Shown piece after piece: positions 1 through 5,586 of a stretch of 5,586 bases of DNA (positions are counted from its first letter, which is position 1; each line of letters begins with the position of its first letter). The notes beneath the pieces were generated by a model, which was not told the DNA's origin, made no database searches, and saw nothing but the letters and a program-made list of their open reading frames with translations. The translations under genes and the position numbers were made by a program. The DNA comes from Actinomycetota bacterium (GTDB taxonomy: Bacteria; Margulisbacteria; Marinamargulisbacteria; GCA-2716485; GCA-002719695). The DNA is taken from contig NZWE01000016.1 of the NCBI GenBank assembly GCA_002697535.1, forward strand, positions 77,184 through 82,769. The letters are read 5' to 3'.

Positions 1-506
1 GCAATACGTCTATCATAACCATAAAGTCCTGCACAACGAAGAATCGTAACATCAACATCCATCAACGCCAATAAATAACGCTCAACATCATATAAAACAC
101 GTTGCCTTTCAGAGTTAATAATAATCTCATCATCTTCCGAAACAAATGAATTAGTCAAAGAATAAACAGAGGTAGAGGAGGTGAAAATAATCCACTTGTT
201 TTCAGAATTCAAGTCACAATAACGATTTACAAGTCCTTTAATTTGATCCAAATAAATAGTTGGGTCTAAAAAACGTCGCCGAAACGGTAAGGTAAGAATC
301 AAAATAGGCGATAAAAAAACATCATCAGACTCCATCAAAACATCACCTTTGTCTGAAACTGTAAGTAATGAAGTCGTAATACCTAAATCATTCAAAATAC
401 CTAACTGTTCTTGGCGAGTGGTTGTTCCAAAAACACGAACACCATTCTGCTGTAAAAAAGTAGCAATATGAGTTCCTAACCAACCACATCCTACAATACT
501 AATCAT
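1..506 (-). CDS. NAD(P)-binding epimerase/dehydratase-like (extended SDR-like, YeeZ-type) protein, 3' part cut by the window edge
   Basis: Hand translation from ATG at 506-504 on the minus strand gives an open frame to the left edge with no stop: MISIVGCGWLGTHIATFLQQNGVRVFGTTTRQEQLGILNDLGITTSLLTVSDKGDVLMESDD...KWIIFTSSTSVYSLTNSFVSEDDE...RYLLALMDVDVTILRCAGLYGYDRRI. It has an N-terminal Rossmann GxGxxG motif (GCGWLG), an 'IIFTSSTSVY' strand and a 'ILRCAGLYG' motif typical of NAD-dependent epimerase/dehydratase-like proteins. It is absent from the supplied ORF track because it is truncated. Confidence 0.78.
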   Translation of the reverse strand, partial: MISIVGCGWLGTHIATFLQQNGVRVFGTTTRQEQLGILNDLGITTSLLTVSDKGDVLMESDDVFLSPILILTLPFRRRFLDPTIYLDQIKGLVNRYCDLNSENKWIIFTSSTSVYSLTNSFVSEDDEIIINSERQRVLYDVERYLLALMDVDVTILRCAGLYGYDRRI

Positions 507-2452
507 ACTTTTGATACAAAAGCTGTTTCCTTAATAGTACGATACTGATCTAAGACCTTTGCATCATGTAAAGACGAAACATTAATCTTTTCTTCTTGAT
601 GAGTAAAAATATACTTAACAGCCAATTCAACCTTTTTGCCATTTTTTGTATAAGGAATAGCCGATACTTGAAATATATGATTAGGACAATGACGAGGCGA
701 TAATTTCTCTTTTATTAAGTGTTTTAAACCATGTTTTAAATCAGTAGAAAAATCAACACCATGGTCCGCTAAAACAAATAAAATCATACTATCAGTTTCA
801 TCAATATGAATAACAAGAGAATCCTGAATATAAGATTGAGATTCTATTAACCGATAAATTTCAGCCGTTCCAATCCGTATACCAGCACGATTTAAGGTTG
901 CATCACTACGACCTAAAATCTTAACACCACCTTGTTCAGTAACAAGAACAAAATCAGAATGATTCCATATATTTTGATATTTATTAAAATAACTATTTTT
1001 ATACACCGTAAAATCATCATCATTCCACATATAAATAGGCATAGAAGGCACTGGTTTTTCACAAACTAATTCACCTTCAGAATTAATAACAGAATTACCA
1101 AATTCATCATAGGCTTTAACAGGAAAGCCCAAACTAATCGATTGTAACTCACCTCGAACAACAGGAAGCATGGGATTACCTAAAGCAAAACAACCCACAA
1201 TATCAGTGCCACCAGAAATAGAAGCTAATTGAACATTTGATTTTACATGTTGATACACATAATCAAAATCTTCTTCATAAAGAGGCGATCCAGTAGAAAG
1301 AATAACCCGTAAAGAAGATAAATCAAGTTCTTCTGAAACAGGTAAATTAAACTTCAAAGAAGCATTAATATATTTAGCTGAGGTACCATAAATCGTAATC
1401 TTATACTCATCAATCAATTTCCAAGTCGCTAATTTATCTGGGTAATAAGGGGCTCCATCAAAAACAACTAACGTAGACCCAGTAGCTAAGCCACTAACCA
1501 ACCAATTCCACATCATCCAACTACAACTCGTATAATAAAAGAAAACATCCTCACGCGTTAAATTACAATGCAATCGCTGTTCCTTAATATGTTCAATCAA
1601 AACACCTCCAACCGAATGTGTTATAGACTTTGGTTTTCCTGTAGTACCAGAAGAGTAAAGAATATAAAGAGGATCATTAAAAGCAACTGCCTCAAATACT
1701 ATATCGTTCGGGGAGTATACATTAAAAATATCAGAATAAAGTGTCGTATCCTCATACTCAGTTGAGAGGGATTCTCTATCCAGTAAAACAAGTGAACGAG
1801 CACTAGTTAAAGATTGAATAACAGCTTGTATTTTATCCTGAATAGAAAAGGTTTTTCCTTTATAGCGATAACAATCCACATATAATAAACATTTAGGAGA
1901 TACTTGATTAAAACGACTAAGGATAGCTTCCTCGCCAAAGTCAGGAGATACGGATGTCCAAACAGCTCCAATAGCTGCAACCGCTAAGAAAAACACCATT
2001 GTCTCTTCACAGTTTGTAACAACAGCCGCAACTCGATCACCTTTAACAATACCTCTGTCACGTAAAAACTGAACACAGCAAGAAACTTTTTCGGTTAATT
2101 CCTTGTATGAACTACGATTAATTTCTCCTGATTCATTTACATTAATAATGGCATCATGAGAATCAGAAAATTTTAAACAATTCTCAGCATAATTTATCTC
2201 AACACCTTCAAACCACTTTACACCAGGCATAACATCACTAGACATAACCTTAGAATAACTACCTTTAAAAATAAGTTCCGAATACGAAAAGAAGTAATCC
2301 CAAAATTGTTCAGAATGTTCACAAGCCCAAGAATGTAACTCTTGATAAGTAGTTAATGAAACATTATACCGATTTGATATCGACTGCATAAATTGAGCCA
2401 TTTGACTTTCAAGTTGTTCTTCTTCAGTAGGTCTCCATAAGATATTAGACAC
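503..2452 (-). CDS. Acetoacetyl-CoA synthetase (acetoacetate-CoA ligase), ANL superfamily
   Basis: 649-aa ORF. It has the AMP-binding P-loop motif YILYSSGTTGKPKSITHSVGG, the region FFYYTSCSWMMWNWLVSGLATGSTLVVFDGAP, and C-terminal FQVSAIPYTKNGKKVELAVK containing the catalytic lysine region. The N-terminal extension (W..GVEINYAENCL) fits the acetoacetate-CoA ligase/acetyl-CoA synthetase branch. The start codon is GTG (2452-2450), with AAGGAG (2459-2464) 6 nt upstream. Confidence 0.93.
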   Translation of the reverse strand: MSNILWRPTEEEQLESQMAQFMQSISNRYNVSLTTYQELHSWACEHSEQFWDYFFSYSELIFKGSYSKVMSSDVMPGVKWFEGVEINYAENCLKFSDSHDAIINVNESGEINRSSYKELTEKVSCCVQFLRDRGIVKGDRVAAVVTNCEETMVFFLAVAAIGAVWTSVSPDFGEEAILSRFNQVSPKCLLYVDCYRYKGKTFSIQDKIQAVIQSLTSARSLVLLDRESLSTEYEDTTLYSDIFNVYSPNDIVFEAVAFNDPLYILYSSGTTGKPKSITHSVGGVLIEHIKEQRLHCNLTREDVFFYYTSCSWMMWNWLVSGLATGSTLVVFDGAPYYPDKLATWKLIDEYKITIYGTSAKYINASLKFNLPVSEELDLSSLRVILSTGSPLYEEDFDYVYQHVKSNVQLASISGGTDIVGCFALGNPMLPVVRGELQSISLGFPVKAYDEFGNSVINSEGELVCEKPVPSMPIYMWNDDDFTVYKNSYFNKYQNIWNHSDFVLVTEQGGVKILGRSDATLNRAGIRIGTAEIYRLIESQSYIQDSLVIHIDETDSMILFVLADHGVDFSTDLKHGLKHLIKEKLSPRHCPNHIFQVSAIPYTKNGKKVELAVKYIFTHQEEKINVSSLHDAKVLDQYRTIKETAFVSKV

Positions 2453-2458
2453 ATAAAA

Positions 2459-2464
2459 CTCCTT
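2459..2464 (-). promoter_or_regulatory. Shine-Dalgarno site for the acetoacetyl-CoA synthetase gene
   Basis: Minus-strand AAGGAG with a 6-nt spacer (TTTTAT) to the GTG start at 2452. Confidence 0.8.
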
Positions 2465-2488
2465 AAGTATTAATTAAAAATTAAAAAT

Positions 2489-2516
2489 ATTATATCAAAA
2501 TTAAGAAACAATACAA
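2489..2516 (-). promoter_or_regulatory. Putative sigma70-type promoter for the minus-strand pair
   Basis: Minus strand: TTGTAT (2516-2511), 16-nt spacer, TATAAT (2494-2489), giving a 5' UTR of about 30 nt before the GTG start. The -10 is a perfect consensus match and the -35 is partial. The AT-rich background lowers confidence. Confidence 0.5.
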
Positions 2517-2596
2517 AAACAAGTTTAATCCCAATGCTAAAATTACGTAATATAAAAACTACAAACAAACTAATTTATAAGATAAGCTTAAAAAAC

Positions 2597-2614
2597 ATTT
2601 AATATATATTAAAT
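2597..2614. repeat. 18-bp perfect palindrome ATTTAATATATATTAAAT in the divergent intergenic region
   Basis: The sequence equals its own reverse complement over 18 bp. It lies directly upstream of TATAAT at 2616-2621 on the plus strand. Confidence 0.6.
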
Positions 2615-2615
2615 A

Positions 2616-2621
2616 TATAAT
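2616..2621 (+). promoter_or_regulatory. Putative -10 element for the thiolase/glutamine synthetase pair
   Basis: Perfect TATAAT about 43 nt upstream of the thiolase ATG. No good -35 hexamer lies at 16-18 nt spacing (AAACAT or similar). The sequence is AT-rich, so a chance match is possible. Confidence 0.35.
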
Positions 2622-2650
2622 AGTATTAAAATTCCATAAACATTTAAATA

Positions 2651-2657
2651 AAAGGAA
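2651..2657 (+). promoter_or_regulatory. Shine-Dalgarno site for the thiolase gene
   Basis: AAAGGAA with a 6-nt spacer to the ATG at 2664. Confidence 0.65.
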
Positions 2658-2663
2658 ACTAAA

Positions 2664-3848
2664 ATGTCAAAAAAGGTATTTATTACCGATTCAAAACGTA
2701 CCGCTATTACAAACTTTGGAGGAACTCTAAGAGATCTTTCCCCTGTAGAAATAGGTGTTCAATGTTTAGAGAAAATCTTAATAGATACACCCGAATTAAA
2801 AAGCAAAACCGATATGGTTGTTATAGGAAACGTTTTATCAGCAGGACACGGACAAAATATAGCAAGGCAAGTAGCCATAAAAGCTGGAATAAACCAAGAA
2901 ATACCAGCATTTACCATTAATCATGTATGTGGATCTAGTATGCAAGCAATTATTACTGGAATGAATTATATTCAAGCAGGAAATGCCGATATCGTCATTG
3001 CGGGTGGGACAGAATCCATGTCATCAGCCGCTTTTGCAATGCCAAATTATCGATGGGAAAACAAAATGGGGCATAGCTTACTAATCGATACGATGATACA
3101 TGATGGATTATGGGATGCCTTTAATGATATCCATATGGGCGTAACAGCTGAAAACATAGCAAAACAATGGAAGATTACAAGAGACCAACAAGATGAATTT
3201 GCCTTTAAAAGTCAACAAAAAGCAAGTAAAGCACAAAAAAGTGGACTTTTTAAAGATGAAATCATCCCCATTACAATAAAAACAAAAAAAGAAACTAAAC
3301 TCATAGAAGATGATGAATTTATCCGACATGACATCAGCATAGAAAAACTTAAAAAATTAAAACCAGCCTTTAATAAAGAAGGAACGGTTACAGCTGGCAA
3401 TGCATCCGGACTCAATGATGGCGCATGTTTTGTAGTATTAATGAGTGAAGAAAAAGCAAAGGAATTAAATCAAAAAACAAAGATAAGAATTCATGAAGCC
3501 AATATGATTGGCAATGATCCAAAAATTATGGGAGTAGCTCCCACTGAAGCTATTACAAAATTACTAAAGAAAACAAATCATACTGTTAATGATATTGATT
3601 GTTTTGAAATCAATGAAGCATTTGCAGCACAATCAATAGCAATACAAAACACATTAAATATTCCAGAAGAAAAACTAAATATAAATGGAGGCGCTATAGC
3701 ATTAGGGCATCCCATTGGAGCATCTGGAGCTCGTATTACAACAACATTAGTTCACGAAATGATACGTGAAAAATTGGGAACTGGTATAGCCTCCTTATGT
3801 ATTGGAGGAGGCCAAGCTATCAGCTTAATGTTAAAACAAGAAAAATAA
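2664..3848 (+). CDS. Thiolase, acetyl-CoA C-acetyltransferase (acetoacetyl-CoA thiolase)
   Basis: 394-aa ORF with all the expected thiolase motifs: nucleophilic Cys region NHVCGSSMQAI, GGTESMS, NEAFAAQS, GGAIALGHPIGASGAR and C-terminal LCIGGGQAISL. The length is typical of biosynthetic/degradative acetyl-CoA acetyltransferases. Confidence 0.96.
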   Translation: MSKKVFITDSKRTAITNFGGTLRDLSPVEIGVQCLEKILIDTPELKSKTDMVVIGNVLSAGHGQNIARQVAIKAGINQEIPAFTINHVCGSSMQAIITGMNYIQAGNADIVIAGGTESMSSAAFAMPNYRWENKMGHSLLIDTMIHDGLWDAFNDIHMGVTAENIAKQWKITRDQQDEFAFKSQQKASKAQKSGLFKDEIIPITIKTKKETKLIEDDEFIRHDISIEKLKKLKPAFNKEGTVTAGNASGLNDGACFVVLMSEEKAKELNQKTKIRIHEANMIGNDPKIMGVAPTEAITKLLKKTNHTVNDIDCFEINEAFAAQSIAIQNTLNIPEEKLNINGGAIALGHPIGASGARITTTLVHEMIREKLGTGIASLCIGGGQAISLMLKQEK

Positions 3849-3852
3849 GGAG
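3847..3852 (+). promoter_or_regulatory. Shine-Dalgarno site for the glutamine synthetase gene
   Basis: AAGGAG with an 8-nt spacer to the ATG at 3861. It overlaps the last two bases of the thiolase stop codon (TAA, 3846-3848). Confidence 0.8.
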
Positions 3853-3860
3853 AATTTAGA

Positions 3861-5586
3861 ATGGGAAAAATTGTTTCAAATTATGGAAATTTAGTTTTTA
3901 CAAAAAAAGAAATGAAACAAAGGCTAAACCCCAAAACATACGAAGAGTTTATGGACACCATAAACAATGGATCATCACTAAATGAAGCAATTGCAGAAGA
4001 TATTGCAAGAGCCATCAAAGAATGGTCATTAGAAAACGGAGCAACCCATTTTACACATTGGTTTCAACCACAACGAAATGGAACAGCTGAAAAGCATGAT
4101 GCCTTTTTAGACTATAATGAACATGGCGACATTATTGAAACCTTTAATGCCAAACAATTAATACAATCTGAACCTGATGCATCTTCCTTTCCTTCTGGAG
4201 GAATTCGTTCAACATTTGAAGCCAGAGGTTACACAGCGTGGGACCCAACATCTCCCGTATTTTTAAGAGAAAACAAAAATTCTAAATCATTAATCATTCC
4301 TTCAATTTATCTATCATGGACAGGGGAAGCCTTAGACATGAAAACCCCACTAAATCGATCAACACATACATTAAATGACTATGCCATTAAATTACAAAAG
4401 TTATTAGGAAATAGACAAGCACGTCGAATCAAAGTATTTTCAGGGTTAGAACAAGAATATTTTTTAATTCCAATCGAAAAAGCAAGTAAACGACTTGATT
4501 TACAAATTTGTGGCCGTACTATTTTTGGAACATCTGCCTCAAAAGGACAGATAATGGAAGATCACTATTTTGGTGCCATTCAACCAAGAGCAATGGAATT
4601 TATGAATCATTTAGACCAAGAGTTATATCGATATGGCATTCCTATTAAAACAAAGCATAACGAAGTGGCTCCAAATCAATTTGAATTAGCACCATTATAT
4701 GAAGAAATTAATTTAGCAATCGACCATAACTTACTTACGATGGAAATTATGAGACGAATTGGTCAAGAACATAACTTCTTAGTGTTATTTCACGAGAAAC
4801 CTTTTGCTGATGTAAATGGATCCGGAAAACACATGAATTGGTCTATTGGTGATAATACAGGAACAAACTATTTAGAACCATCACGATCTCCATTAAAAAA
4901 TATATCCTTTTTGATGACACTATCAGCCGTATTATTAGGTGTAAAAGAACATGCCGGATTACTACGAGCTGCAATTTCAGATGCAGGTAATGAATATCGA
5001 TTAGGAGCGAACGAAGCCCCTCCCGCCATTCTATCCGTTTACTTAGGAAGTTATCTAACTGATTTATTAGATCATATTGAAGGTGTTAAGAAATTTACAG
5101 ACAAAGAAATCCATTATATAAATCACGGTTTAGAATCAATGCCAAGAGTAGTAAAAGACTATTCAGATCGAAATAGAACATCACCAATAGCATTTACTGG
5201 AAACAAATTTGAATTAAGAGCTCTAGGAGCATCAGCCAATGGAGCAGCCGCTGCAAAAGTTTTAAATATGTTATGTACCTATGGGTACAAAGTTATTATT
5301 GAACGATTAAATACAAAAAAAGATATCAAGAAGCAAGCGTATCAGCTTATCAAAGAAATATTAATTGAAACAAAAGAAGTTCGATTTGAAGGAAATAATT
5401 ATTCAAAAGAATGGCATAAAGAAGCAACAAAAAGAAAATTATTTCAAACAGATACAACACCCGAAGCCATTAACTATGAATCAAAGAAAAAAAGTATCGA
5501 GTTATATGAATCGCTAAATATATTAACAAAAAGAGAAATTGAATCTAGAGTTGATATTAAACTAGATGCATTTAGCAATACAAAAA
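3861..5586 (+). CDS. glnN: Type III glutamine synthetase (GlnN-like), 3' end cut by the window edge
   Basis: Open frame of 575 codons from ATG 3861 to the right edge: MGKIVSNYGNLVFTKKEMKQRLNPKTYEEFMDTINNGSSLNEAIAEDIARAIKEWSLENGATHFTHWFQPQRNGTAEKHDAF... The GSIII signature motifs are present: HFTHWFQPxxxGTAEKHD, FSGLEQEYFLI, KHNEVAPNQFELAP (from 4653), HEKPFADVNGSGKHMNWS, RLGANEAPPAILSVYLG and DRNRTSPIAFTGNKFELRA. It is absent from the supplied ORF track because no stop lies in the window. Confidence 0.94.
   Translation, partial: MGKIVSNYGNLVFTKKEMKQRLNPKTYEEFMDTINNGSSLNEAIAEDIARAIKEWSLENGATHFTHWFQPQRNGTAEKHDAFLDYNEHGDIIETFNAKQLIQSEPDASSFPSGGIRSTFEARGYTAWDPTSPVFLRENKNSKSLIIPSIYLSWTGEALDMKTPLNRSTHTLNDYAIKLQKLLGNRQARRIKVFSGLEQEYFLIPIEKASKRLDLQICGRTIFGTSASKGQIMEDHYFGAIQPRAMEFMNHLDQELYRYGIPIKTKHNEVAPNQFELAPLYEEINLAIDHNLLTMEIMRRIGQEHNFLVLFHEKPFADVNGSGKHMNWSIGDNTGTNYLEPSRSPLKNISFLMTLSAVLLGVKEHAGLLRAAISDAGNEYRLGANEAPPAILSVYLGSYLTDLLDHIEGVKKFTDKEIHYINHGLESMPRVVKDYSDRNRTSPIAFTGNKFELRALGASANGAAAAKVLNMLCTYGYKVIIERLNTKKDIKKQAYQLIKEILIETKEVRFEGNNYSKEWHKEATKRKLFQTDTTPEAINYESKKKSIELYESLNILTKREIESRVDIKLDAFSNTK

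Noticed and set aside
1568-1765. 65-aa plus-strand ORF listed in the ORF track.
   Set aside because: It lies entirely antisense inside the acetoacetyl-CoA synthetase gene, which has strong motif support. It has no convincing RBS and no recognisable protein motif, so it is probably a shadow ORF.
2465-2663. AT-rich intergenic region considered for a small RNA, riboswitch or T-box leader.
   Set aside because: The inferred 5' UTRs are short (roughly 30-45 nt). I see no GC-containing stem-loops, terminator hairpin or conserved aptamer-like sequence. Only AT palindromes are present.
3268-3300. A-rich, lysine-rich stretch in the thiolase (ITIKTKKETK) considered as a possible slippage or frameshift site.
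   Set aside because: The frame is continuous through it, and downstream thiolase motifs (NEAFAAQS, GHPIGASGAR, CIGGGQA) are all in the same frame. Basic residues at this point are normal in the variable thiolase loop region.
3108-3329. 73-aa minus-strand ORF listed in the ORF track.
   Set aside because: It is antisense within the thiolase gene. The Phe/Cys-rich translation (FIIFYEFSFFFCFYCNGD) simply mirrors A-rich lysine codons on the coding strand.
3212-3415. 67-aa minus-strand ORF listed in the ORF track.
   Set aside because: It is also antisense within the thiolase gene and overlaps the previous shadow ORF. It has no independent coding evidence.
1-5586. Search for CRISPR arrays, direct repeats, transposase or IS ends, tRNA/rRNA and phage or defence genes.
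   Set aside because: None seen. The window is almost fully occupied by four metabolic genes on recognisable frames, and I noticed no long direct or inverted repeats by eye.

Overview
This is an AT-rich bacterial window that looks like ordinary core metabolism with a slightly unusual gene neighbourhood. Two divergent gene pairs flank an AT-rich intergenic region (2453-2663). The minus-strand pair is a GTG-initiated acetoacetyl-CoA synthetase (acetoacetate-CoA ligase, 2452..503), followed with a 4-nt ATGA overlap by a GxGxxG NAD(P)-binding epimerase/SDR-like gene that runs off the left edge (506..<1). The plus-strand pair is a thiolase (acetyl-CoA C-acetyltransferase, 2664..3848), followed after 12 bp by a type III (GlnN-like) glutamine synthetase that runs off the right edge (3861..>5586). 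The supplied ORF track omits both edge genes. I found no evidence of a defence system, mobile element, CRISPR array, RNA gene or clearly novel system. The points worth a second look are the thiolase/GSIII and AACS/epimerase pairings, an 18-bp perfect palindrome next to the putative thiolase -10 box, and a few residue-level and start-codon oddities.
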